Shown here piece after piece: positions 41,031-50,562 of a stretch of DNA of 64,000 bases. The position numbers and the translations under genes were made by a program. The DNA lies in NCBI GenBank assembly GCA_009859145.1, contig VRVR01000034.1:119358-183357 (forward strand). The letters are read 5' to 3'. The notes under the pieces are model-generated. The model was not told the origin of the DNA. It saw only the letters and a program-made list of their open reading frames with translations, and did no database searches. Origin of the DNA: Andalucia godoyi And28. Taxonomy: Eukaryota; Protista; Jakobida. Numbering within the stretch: the first letter of the stretch is position 1; each line of letters begins with the position of its first letter.

Positions 41031-42029
41031 TCACGAATGCAACCAATCTTGTTCGTCCGGCAAAGGCAGGTATCGCGGCACAGTTGCGCTCTCAGCACTA
41101 TTGTTGTTGCTGACTGATTCTAGGACGTACATTAGAGACGCAAGGAGACACTGGATGCATCCCAGCACTTGAATAAACGACAGTGACGTCCCATAGATGA
41201 CATTGGACAGCACTAGCACGACAACCACGGTGATCGACGCAGCAATGCCCTTGAACACGTTGTTTGCATATTTGAGAACAACAGAGACCGCGATTCCGTC
41301 ACAGGATTGAATCAATATCAACGGAAACACAATCCCGGAATAACCCTCAAAGTATCCTCCTGCTGATATTCTGCTCCAGAAAACGGTCAGCACAAAGAGG
41401 AGATTCAAGAAAGCGCCGACGCCGTACAAAATTGCATTTTGCAAGAACAAAGGAGCCTGGGCCTTCTCTTTAATGATCCATTCATTGAAGGTGCTGGCGG
41501 AAGCGGAACACAGATCCATGAAAAAGCAAATCAGGTACGACAACACACCGAAGCGAAACGTTCCCGAGGATGGATTATACTGAGAAAAGACCAGGGAAAA
41601 TGCTAAAAACACCAGAGAAAACCACTGTGATTTTGTTATTGGCTGTTTGAGGAAGCGCCACAGCATTAAAGCCGTAAAAAGAATGGACCCAGAGCGAAAG
41701 AGGAGAATTGTCACAGGATCTACTCTTTCAAAGAGATACATCAGCAGATTATTGTAGACTACATACATCGCAGCCAACCCCGCCAGACTTTGCACAATAA
41801 ACGTGCTCAAGCTTTCACGAGCAACATTCCTCGCTTGCATGAACCCTCCGGAGTCGTACACAAAAAACGCCACTGCAAAGAAGCATTTTAGCAACTCGGA
41901 AAACACCAAGACGGTGGGGACGATGAACGAATAATTCCCATCTTCTGCAAGAGCAAATTTGCAAATGAGGACATTGAACACACTAGTGGTCACAAGCCAA
42001 ATTACGCTTCCTGCTTGCAATAGCCGCAT
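41031..42029 (-). CDS. Nucleotide-sugar transporter, SLC35A family
   Basis: SELLKC, YVVYNNL, DPVT, FTALM...FLKQPITKSQW, FNEWIIK, QNAILY, VLKYANNVFK. Confidence 0.85.
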   Translation of the reverse strand: MRLLQAGSVIWLVTTSVFNVLICKFALAEDGNYSFIVPTVLVFSELLKCFFAVAFFVYDSGGFMQARNVARESLSTFIVQSLAGLAAMYVVYNNLLMYLFERVDPVTILLFRSGSILFTALMLWRFLKQPITKSQWFSLVFLAFSLVFSQYNPSSGTFRFGVLSYLICFFMDLCSASASTFNEWIIKEKAQAPLFLQNAILYGVGAFLNLLFVLTVFWSRISAGGYFEGYSGIVFPLILIQSCDGIAVSVVLKYANNVFKGIAASITVVVVLVLSNVIYGTSLSFIQVLGCIQCLLASLMYVLESVSNNNSAESATVPRYLPLPDEQDWLHS

Positions 42030-42330
42030 TACATTGCATGTCTCGTTTGCATATTATTAATTTTTAAATGTATAAAAATTTACGAATGCGGGAAGATTGT
42101 GGTTGTGAAGGGTTGTGTGCATGTGCGTTTCATAAACTTCCTTGCGACTGCTGGGAAGAACAATGTGCATCGTCATGCATCAAACGTCTACAGAATGGCA
42201 GGTGGCTTTTGATTGTACTTATCTCGGGTGGTCACTTTTTGCAAAGATAACAAATATCGCCTGCGTTTATTATTTTGTATGTGACGCATTGCTCTATTGT
42301 TTTCTGTTTTTTTTTTCTTCCGTCTCGCCA

Positions 42331-42645
42331 CATGGAATCTCGGCGTACGTGACGGCCCCCTGCGACGGTGGGGGAGAGTGGGCCGCCTCAGGGCGGATCC
42401 GAAGCGTGTGAACCAGTTCGCACCACATGTATAAACAACAACATCGATGACATCGGAAGAAGAAGAAAAAGAAAAAAGAAAGACCGTCCGGCAACTCGTC
42501 GAAATTGAGAAAGCGAAATCAGTCGTGTTCTATGCAAGAGTCTCGTCGATCCAACCAAGAAGCGAACCTCCCAAGCTAGAATGCCGATCTCCGTGTGTAG
42601 CCTTGTGCCGACGCCCATGCCGAGCTCGACGGTGACACCGCCAGA
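42331..42645 (+). pseudogene. IS607-type TnpA serine recombinase relic (MerR-like HTH plus catalytic N-terminus)
   Basis: Across small indels it reads HGISA...LRRW-AASGRIRSV*TSSHHMY (HTH) and then VVFYARVSS-SNQEANL...DLR...ELDGDTAR (YARVSS catalytic motif, Q-x-x-D/N-L, D-x-A). Confidence 0.75.
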
Positions 42646-42680
42646 TGCTGTCGCGGGAGAGTCATTACAGTGATTCCCGT

Positions 42681-43586
42681 CTAGTCCCGTTCGGGGTCCA
42701 AGTCCACAAACTCCGTCCGTTCAAAACCGTTTCTTCGTGCAGAGTAATCCTCCAGAGTCTTTTGGAGCTCTTCACGAGTGTTCATAACGAACGGCCCATA
42801 ACGGGCGATGGGCTCGTCGATTGGCTCGCCAGCGACCAGCAGAACGCGGGCACCCGCCTTGCCAGCCCGAAAACCGATTACAGATGCCGAATCTTCGTTC
42901 TTGTTCCGGAATACTAGTGTTGCGTTTGGATGCACTTGAACCGGGTCCCCAGAAGTCGGCTCTGTCACCGTCAGGGTTCCCTCCACTGGAAATACAAATC
43001 CGTGCCAGTTCGCCGGAATCGATTCGGTGAATTGCAATCGTTTCTGCGGAGCTAGTGTGATGTCCAAGTACAACATTGGGGTCAGCCATCCACCTTCTGG
43101 CATGTTTGTCAACCCATGACTTGTTCCTACAACAACGCGAACAGACCCGCCCCCCTCCTCCAGTTCATAAACCGGCATGTTCTTCAGATCACGATAAATG
43201 GGCTTGCACATTTTGTCCTTTTTTCGAAGATTGATCCACAACTGGAAGCCTCGCGTGCGAATGCCTCGCACCATGGCTTCATTATGAATGATACCTCGAC
43301 CGGCAGTCATCCACTGTGCTTCGTGTGGTCCGATTGCGCCTTTATGTCCCTTGCTGTCCTTGTGCTTGATGCATCCTGAAATCAAGTACGTCAGCGTTTC
43401 AATTCCGCGATGGGGATGCGGACTCAGAACGGGTTCGTCATCAACCCCAAGGTTCGAATCCCAGGCGTCCCACAAAAGAAACGGACCAACGTTATTCAAG
43501 TCTTGCTGGCCGATGCTCCGATGCACGATTGCCTTTGGACCGAATTCATTGGTCTTTGTCGGTGGATACACAGTCACAATCTCCAT
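42681..43586 (-). CDS. PIR: Pirin (bicupin)
   Basis: GPFLLWD, PHPHRGIETLTY, QWMTAGRGIIHNE, GFQLWINL, EPIARYGPFVMNT. Start taken at MEIVTVYP. Confidence 0.93.
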   Translation of the reverse strand: MEIVTVYPPTKTNEFGPKAIVHRSIGQQDLNNVGPFLLWDAWDSNLGVDDEPVLSPHPHRGIETLTYLISGCIKHKDSKGHKGAIGPHEAQWMTAGRGIIHNEAMVRGIRTRGFQLWINLRKKDKMCKPIYRDLKNMPVYELEEGGGSVRVVVGTSHGLTNMPEGGWLTPMLYLDITLAPQKRLQFTESIPANWHGFVFPVEGTLTVTEPTSGDPVQVHPNATLVFRNKNEDSASVIGFRAGKAGARVLLVAGEPIDEPIARYGPFVMNTREELQKTLEDYSARRNGFERTEFVDLDPERD

Positions 43587-44010
43587 TTCTCTCCCCCCTC
43601 TTTCTCTTCTTTTGTTTGTTTGCTTTGAACTTCGAAAGGATCTATTATGAGCAAGGCTAAGGAACAGTTGGAATTTTTTGAAACAACAGAAAATGAAATG
43701 AAAAGACATTGAGAAAAGAGAAACAGAGAAACCGAACAATGTATCGTACATATGGATCACGCACTACGAAAGCGGCAGCGGTAATATGCCGAAATATCTC
43801 CGACGATTTTTGCGGCTCCGTTCCGATTTTATTGCCGCTGCAGAAACCCACAGCCCGTCACACGCCACACAAAGTCACACGTCACGAGCACGGCTGCGGA
43901 CCGCCGACAGGTTTGGTGGGCCGAGGAGAATCGGAGTTATGCAGCGAGTAATCATGATGATGATGGTGATGCTGATGACAGGTTGGGATAAAATGTATAC
44001 TGTTTTTATT

Positions 44011-44880
44011 TTACTCATGCATGTTATCAGCATGAGGTGCAAAGGATGAGTCCCATTCGTCGGCGTCGGCAGCAGCGAGATCCTGCCTGACGAGCTCCAG
44101 GGGCGGCAGCTGGTTACCATCCGTGAAACCCTGCGACGATAATCGGAGTGACGCACCATATTTGTCTAGAAAATGCTTCGCAACGACCGGAGGCACTCCG
44201 AACTCAAACACGTTGTACATTTGTCTCTCTGCATAGAATGCCCATTCAACCTGATCCATTTTCTGCAAACAATCGACACAGAGGGACCAGTATTCCACGG
44301 ATGGTCCCTGCAGTTTCAAAATCATGATCGCCGCTTTGAAAGTTTGAAGCCAGTGTTTCGCTCGGAAACTCTCCGCAGCCAGACGTTCCAGATGCGGAAT
44401 ATCCATTTGGTCTGATTTTTCGTATCCAGGGGAATTTGCATGCCCGTTTGTTCGTAAAGACTGGTCCTGCTGCTGTTTGTCGACCCTATACTGAAACCAC
44501 GTGCGCACGTAATGTGCATGCTGAGCGAAATCACCGATCTGCGAACCAGCAATGACATCGAAAAACTGTACAAAAGCCTCGAGCAAAATCATCTCGTTTG
44601 GTCTGATTTGCAACGATAAGACATGAGCTCGGCGAGCCGCTTGGAAAAGGCCAAAGTGTCCAAGTGGCTTCGCTAGAAACAGCCACGTTTTTCGACCATA
44701 CGGGAAGAGCCTGCATAATCGCGGTGCAATCAGCATCGCGGACCCATAGTCACCTTGCGCCATGTGGTCGGACGCAATATCATACAACACAACCCCTGCA
44801 TCCCGAACGGCAGGTCGAGCCGGAGAGAGGAAATTGGACAGACCGTCGTTTTTCGAGCGAGGGAAGTGGCACCTTTTCAT
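44011..44880 (-). CDS. Hypothetical helical-repeat (TPR-like) protein
   Basis: 289-aa ORF with helix-turn-helix-like segments (KTWLFLAKPLGHFGLFQAARRAH); no family recognised. Confidence 0.45.
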   Translation of the reverse strand: MKRCHFPRSKNDGLSNFLSPARPAVRDAGVVLYDIASDHMAQGDYGSAMLIAPRLCRLFPYGRKTWLFLAKPLGHFGLFQAARRAHVLSLQIRPNEMILLEAFVQFFDVIAGSQIGDFAQHAHYVRTWFQYRVDKQQQDQSLRTNGHANSPGYEKSDQMDIPHLERLAAESFRAKHWLQTFKAAIMILKLQGPSVEYWSLCVDCLQKMDQVEWAFYAERQMYNVFEFGVPPVVAKHFLDKYGASLRLSSQGFTDGNQLPPLELVRQDLAAADADEWDSSFAPHADNMHE

Positions 44881-45068
44881 TCGTTGCTCTTCTTTTTTGC
44901 ATGAACATGGTTCAGAGCCTAGAAGAACTGGAAAGAAAATCTTGTCTGTGTATTTCTTCTCTGCGTTCTGGAGGATAATAACATATCACACACTCTGCAA
45001 AGAAATCTGAGTGTTTGCCAATCAACTCCAGATTCCCCAGTTTTTATTTCTTTTCGGTTTGTGTTATT

Positions 45069-45115
<47 letters not shown>

Positions 45116-45414
45116 ATTTATTTTTTTTAGAATTCAAAAATTGGAAATCACGCGCTGTCTGAGGATCTGTTTCTGTCGTACCTCGGGGTTGAGCGTTGCC
45201 CCGACAGCCTTGAACCCAAAAGTCGCCCACTCTGTTCCCCTGACCACAAGAAGACGACTTTCTCAATTTCCCAGCATCTTTTCTTCTTCTTCTTCTTCTT
45301 CTTTTCTCTTCTTCGTCTTATTTAATTTGAGTTTCCCTTTCCTGGCCATCCTCTTAGTCGGTTGTTTTTCCTCCTTTCCTGAGTTCCCAGAATCCGTGTT
45401 GCAGGTTAACCGCA

Positions 45415-48400
45415 ATGTCTGTTTCCGACCGTTCCGATTTCCGACGCGAGGTCTTGCTTTCGCATTTGCAATCCGTGGCAAGTGCAAGTGAGGGCGATGC
45501 CTTTTCTGCGGTTCTGAGTGCCGCTGATGTTGCCGGTACGGTATCCTCCTCCCCATCTCAACAAAAGCTTCTGACCACTGTGTCTGTGCGACCAGACGGG
45601 GTAGCCATTATCACCATTGACAACCCACCAGTCAACGCCCTTTCGGCACTAAACGTGGCTTCGATTGATGCTTCTTTCCAGCAAGCTTCTGCAGACCCGG
45701 CAGTGAGGGCGATTGTTCTTACTGGTGCTGGACAAGCGGCCTTCGTTGCAGGTGCGGATATCTCGTTTCTGCAGGAGCAACAGGAAAAGAAACTGTGTCC
45801 CCTGTCGTTTATTGAGTATGGAAACGGTGTTTTGAATGCAATCGAAAAGTCCACAAAGCCTGTGGTTGCCGCGCTAAATGGAGTTACGCTTGGCGGTGGC
45901 CTTGAACTTGCTATGGCATGCCATGCGCGTGTTGCGGCTCAAAACGTTGTTGTCGGACTGCCTGAATTGAAGCTTGGTGTGATTCCTGGCTTCGGCGGAA
46001 CGCAGAGACTTCCCCGGTTGGTTGGAGTTGCAAAGGCTTGCGAAATGATCCTTACTTCGAAGCAAGTCCCTGCAAAGGAAGCGGCGCAAATAGGGCTTGT
46101 GGACTCCGTTGTTGCCACTTCTGTTGTGGATGCTGCTGTCGCTCTTTGCAACGACTTTATCCGAGGACAAAAGCCGCTGCGCCGTGCCCTCCAACTCCAG
46201 ATTGAAAACAAGGAAGTTGCTCTTGCAGATATTGCGAAGGCACGGAAGCTTCCCGTGGTTAAACTGCCTTTCCACTTGGCTGCTTTGAATGCAATTGAGG
46301 CCGGCGTTCTGACAAGCCCCTTCACTGGAGGATTTGCGGCGGAGGGAAACGAGTTCGCGCGCTGCTTGCATTCGCCAGAGTCGCGTGCGCTTGTCCACTT
46401 CTTTTTTGCGTCTCGTAATTCCAGCAAAGTTCCTTCGTCCTCCAACCCGAACCAGTTCATTTCGGTTGCAAAGGTCTCGCCGAAGACGTGTCCTGTAGTC
46501 GGAGTCGTCGGTGGTGGACTGATGGGTGCTGGAATCGCAACTGCTGCGTTGCTGGCAGGTTTCCGTGTACTTGTCAAGGAGATCAATCCACAATTGGCAG
46601 AGGCTGGAAAGCAGCGCATTGTGCAGAACCTTAAAGGGCGCAAGCCGGTTGATATCGGGAAAATGCTGAATGTGCAAACCGACTGGTCGGGATTTGAGCA
46701 ATGCGGCGTTGTCATTGAGGCTGTCTTGGAGATTGTCGATCTGAAACGCAAAGTCTTTGCGGAGATTGAAAAGGTCGTCTCACCATCGTGTATTCTCGCA
46801 TCGAACACGTCGACCATTTCATTGCGTGTTATTGGTGAGAATCTGACCACCAACCAGAAGAAGCGCCTCGTCGGACTCCACTTTTTCTCTCCAGCGCATC
46901 TCATGCCTCTGCTTGAAATTGTTCGCGACGACATGACTACTTCCGAGGAGGCCGTTGCGTTTTCTCTTGGGTTTTCTGCTGCACTTGGAAAGACGGCCAT
47001 TGTCGTTGGCAACTGCTCAGGGTTCGCTGCGAATCGTGTGTTCTTGCCATATGGAGAAGCAGCCCATTTCTTGGTTGATTCCGGAGTTTGTCCGTATGCA
47101 ATTGACAAAGCGCTGGAGAAGTTTGGATTTCCCATGGGTGTTTTCCGGATGTCGGACATGGCTGGCTTGCACATTTCTGCATCTGCACAAAAGTACATGC
47201 AGGCCGCATATCCCGACCGTGCGTATGTGTGTCAAGTTGCGAATGCGTTAGTGAAAGACAACAAGATTGGGGAGTATTCCAATGAAGGATTTTATGTCTA
47301 TAAGACAAATGAAAAGGGTCGCAAGGATGCATCGCAGAATCCGAACTTGTCGAGGTATATCGATGATGCCCGCGCGCGTCGTCCAATCGCGTTTGATGCG
47401 ACTGGCTTCAGTTCTGATGAGATCGTGGACCTCATTGTGTTCTCCGTTGTGAACGAGTGCTGCCGTGTCCTTGATGAAGGGTATGCTATTCGCGCAGATG
47501 ATTTGGATGTTGCGTCGGTTACCGGATATGCTTTCCCTGCGCATCGAGGTGGAGTCATGAAGTACGCTGCCGAGCGTGGGTGGGATGTTGTAGCGGATCG
47601 ACTTGCGCAGTTCTTCCGTGTTACTGGCCTTGAACTGCTCCGTCCGTGTGATTACCTGACTCAGCTCGCGAACAAGACCGCGAAAAGGGGTAAGAAGGTG
47701 TTTGAGAAGTCGGACGATGATGTCGTTATTGTTGCTGCAACTCGCTCCGCCATGGGTCGTGCCAAACGAGGATCTTTCGCGGAAACTCGCCCCGACCTCC
47801 TGTTGACTCCAATCTTGAAGGCCCTTCTTCAGAAGTCGAAGATCGACCCCTCGTTGATTGACGATATTATCATTGGAACAGTTTTACCGAAGAGCGACGT
47901 TGGAGCTGTTGAGACCCGAATTGCTGGACTTGCTGCTGGGATTCCCTCGTCAACGTCCGTTCGATGCTTGAATCGTCTTTGCTCATCCGGAATGCAGGCC
48001 ATGTGTGACGGTGCTGCTGCTATTCAAGCAGGCTATTCGAACATTGTGATCGCAGGAGGAGTAGAGTCCATGTCGATCAATCCTTTTGACTGGACTCTGG
48101 TTCCCAAGAACGAGGCGTATCAGAAGGCTGGAATTACGGAAGCTATGGATTGCTATTTGCCCATGGGTATTACTGCAGAGAACGTTGCCCGAAAGTACGG
48201 TGTGTCAAGAGTTGAGCAGGATCTGTTTGCCGTCGAGTCGAATCGTCGAGCATTGAATGCCATTCAGAACGGATATTTTGCGCAGGAGATCACACCAATC
48301 GAGACTACTCTCCAAGGAAAGTCCGTTGTTGTTTCAACCGACGAAGGCCCGCGTGACACGACCATTGGTAGCCTTATGAAGCTCCGGCCGGCCTTCATCA

Positions 48401-48873
48401 AGGATGGCTGCTCCACTGCTGGAAACTCCTCCCAGCTCACAGACGGTGCGGCGGCGGTTCTGATGATGAAGCGATCAAAGGCCCGTGAGCTCGGAATGAC
48501 TATTGTGGGCGTCTGGCGCGGAGCCGTTTGCGTTGGAGTTCCGCCAAACATCATGGGTGTTGGTCCATCCGTTGCGATTCCCGCGTTGTTCAAGAAGTAC
48601 GGAGTGGAAAAGGATGATATCGATGTTTACGAAATCAACGAGGCCTTCGCCCCTGTCCCAATGGTTGCGTCTCGTCTGATCGGGCTAGATGCATCAAAGG
48701 TGAATCCAAATGGTGGCGCAATCGCCATGGGACATCCATTGGGATGCACTGGCGCTCGCATCGCTGTTTCTTCTTTATACCATCTCCAGCGCACTGGAGG
48801 TCGCTTTGCCTGCCTTAGTGCTTGTGTCGGTACTGGTATGGGCTATGCAGTCCTCTTGGAGAAGGAGTACTGA
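45415..48873 (+). CDS. Single-chain beta-oxidation enzyme: enoyl-CoA hydratase + 3-hydroxyacyl-CoA dehydrogenase + 3-ketoacyl-CoA thiolase
   Basis: Crotonase motifs (FVAGADI, LGGGLELAMACH, GLPELKLGVIPGFGGTQRLPRL); dehydrogenase motifs (GGGLMG, EAVLE, SNTST, HFFSPA); thiolase motifs from about 47710 (VVIVAATRS, NRLCSSG, QLTDGAAA, EINEAF, NPNGGAIAMGHPLG, CVGTG). No stop codon between modules. Confidence 0.93.
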   Translation: MSVSDRSDFRREVLLSHLQSVASASEGDAFSAVLSAADVAGTVSSSPSQQKLLTTVSVRPDGVAIITIDNPPVNALSALNVASIDASFQQASADPAVRAIVLTGAGQAAFVAGADISFLQEQQEKKLCPLSFIEYGNGVLNAIEKSTKPVVAALNGVTLGGGLELAMACHARVAAQNVVVGLPELKLGVIPGFGGTQRLPRLVGVAKACEMILTSKQVPAKEAAQIGLVDSVVATSVVDAAVALCNDFIRGQKPLRRALQLQIENKEVALADIAKARKLPVVKLPFHLAALNAIEAGVLTSPFTGGFAAEGNEFARCLHSPESRALVHFFFASRNSSKVPSSSNPNQFISVAKVSPKTCPVVGVVGGGLMGAGIATAALLAGFRVLVKEINPQLAEAGKQRIVQNLKGRKPVDIGKMLNVQTDWSGFEQCGVVIEAVLEIVDLKRKVFAEIEKVVSPSCILASNTSTISLRVIGENLTTNQKKRLVGLHFFSPAHLMPLLEIVRDDMTTSEEAVAFSLGFSAALGKTAIVVGNCSGFAANRVFLPYGEAAHFLVDSGVCPYAIDKALEKFGFPMGVFRMSDMAGLHISASAQKYMQAAYPDRAYVCQVANALVKDNKIGEYSNEGFYVYKTNEKGRKDASQNPNLSRYIDDARARRPIAFDATGFSSDEIVDLIVFSVVNECCRVLDEGYAIRADDLDVASVTGYAFPAHRGGVMKYAAERGWDVVADRLAQFFRVTGLELLRPCDYLTQLANKTAKRGKKVFEKSDDDVVIVAATRSAMGRAKRGSFAETRPDLLLTPILKALLQKSKIDPSLIDDIIIGTVLPKSDVGAVETRIAGLAAGIPSSTSVRCLNRLCSSGMQAMCDGAAAIQAGYSNIVIAGGVESMSINPFDWTLVPKNEAYQKAGITEAMDCYLPMGITAENVARKYGVSRVEQDLFAVESNRRALNAIQNGYFAQEITPIETTLQGKSVVVSTDEGPRDTTIGSLMKLRPAFIKDGCSTAGNSSQLTDGAAAVLMMKRSKARELGMTIVGVWRGAVCVGVPPNIMGVGPSVAIPALFKKYGVEKDDIDVYEINEAFAPVPMVASRLIGLDASKVNPNGGAIAMGHPLGCTGARIAVSSLYHLQRTGGRFACLSACVGTGMGYAVLLEKEY

Positions 48874-48912
48874 AAATGATTCTCGCTTCGTCGTAAAACG
48901 CTAGTAGTTTAA

Positions 48913-49573
48913 TCATTGTTGATCACCGCTTGCGCACCCATGGCAACCACATGTTTGACATTCTATGGCTTCCTGTGAAAACAAGAACAGAAAGAGAGAA
49001 AAATCAAAAGACAAAAACAAAAGGCCAGCTGTCAGTGAGAACATTATTGAGATGGAACGAAAGCAAAAACAAAACAAAGCGGAAAAACACACATACCTCA
49101 GCATTGGACCTCTTGGACTTGGGAACGCGGCAAATGCACACTCCACCAAAATTCTTGTCTGTTTCAATGCAACGAAGACAACACAGTTTTTCATACCCAG
49201 ACTATGCACTCAAAAAGAAAAAGTGAGAATACCGCACACACACACACGCGCGCGCGCGAGTAAGGAAAAGCAGCAGCAAAGAAGAACAACATACCTTCTT
49301 CCATTTGGCGATCAATGCTGCGTCTGCAAACTTCTCTTTCAGCAGCCATTCATACAATTCTCGACTGATTTCAGCTTTCTTGTAGACATCAAACACGTAT
49401 TTGGAACGATCATGATGCACTTTTGTAATTTCCCACGTAGACTCGGCACGACGTTTGCCTTCATGGGATTCCGTTTCAGCGGCTCGCATCCGGCGCTCAA
49501 ACTCCAGCAATGTTGCTTCAACCTTGTCGAAACCTTCCGGCTGTTTACCTCTGAATCTCGAAAGCTTCGGCAT
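48913..49573 (-). CDS. BUD31: BUD31/G10 spliceosomal protein, three exons (49573-49295, 49201-49097, 48972-48913)
   Basis: Two introns with GTATGT donors and AG acceptors (93 and 124 nt) restore [16 protein letters not shown]...CICRVPK...[14 protein letters not shown], 147 aa. Confidence 0.95.
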
Positions 49574-49884
49574 CTCACCGTTTGTTCGTTAAAAAAACAC
49601 GATCACAGTCGATTCAACGAAAAAGAATGAAGCGAGAGAGTAAAGACCTTCTGCAGACAAGTGAGTCCTTGACATCCAGAAGCACGCAAAACCACAACCT
49701 CCCTTTTCTTAATGTTCCAACTTCTCTTCTTTACCCTACTTTACCCCACTCACCCATAAATTGCAGACAGTGCTGTTCTGCTCGCCCTTTTTCATTCACT
49801 CAAGTCCATCGTCATTCGTTTTTTATTTTTATTTTTATTTTTATTTTTATTGTTTGGTGTTGTTGTTTTTTAAATTTAAACCCA

Positions 49885-50294
49885 ACAAAAATCACCCTCT
49901 GGAATCCGACGACAGACTTGAGACGAAAACTGGCCAAGTGGTTTATGGGCGCTGTATGACTGTGTCCTGCTGCCAAAGTTTGAGACGGCTGGAATGGTCT
50001 TGAAAGACGGACGACGAATCATCAACAACAAGGCGTCAAATGCTGATTTGTGCCACTTTCAATTCCGACAAAAACTGCTGCATAAGACGACGGAATACGC
50101 GGACCGCGAGATCCACGCTGTGACCGAGGAGTGCACCTCCAAGACATGTGGACTTTGTGACGTTATTCATGAGCGGCTGGGGCGAAAACAAAGTGCTCTG
50201 ATGCCCGTTCTGTCTGGCACATCTGGATCGAGATCGGAATGGTGCACGCAACATCCGTTTGAAGAACGCTCCCATGCATAGTGTAAAATGCAGG
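49885..50294 (+). pseudogene. Copy E: Fanzor2/TnpB C-terminal RuvC and Zn-finger relic with terminal motif
   Basis: Across frameshifts and a stop: DLRRKLAKWF / YDCVLLPKFET...CHFQFRQKLLHK...VTEECTSKTCGLC...LG / ENKVL*CPFC...LDRDRNGARNIRLKN, then AGTGTAAAATGCAGG. Confidence 0.9.
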
Positions 50295-50562
50295 CAAACG
50301 CAAGCAGAACGCAAGACAGAAGAGAGGCATCCAAAAAAAGACGCCGTGTACAATTTGAACTCTTGTCACCGGTTGGTATTACTGAGAAGCTCAAATCTTG
50401 CAATTACTGGTGCGCAACTTGGTGACACCCCTCTCTCTTGAGTGGCACACGTTTGATCGCATTTCACTAGCACACGGCACATGATAACCAAATATCTCGA
50501 GCACGGATTTGGCGTGCAATAGGAAGCAGATAAACGTAGATGGGGGAAAAACGGACAAGGAT

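Noticed and set aside
45939-47198. 419-aa antisense ORF, and similar ones at 6265-7131, 10129-11040 and 11065-11781
   Set aside because: They are shadows of well-supported genes on the opposite strand and carry no family motifs of their own.
49994-50281. 95-aa ORF as a functional mini-Fanzor
   Set aside because: It lacks RuvC-I, and the Zn-finger/RuvC-III end is in another frame behind a stop; treated as a pseudogene.
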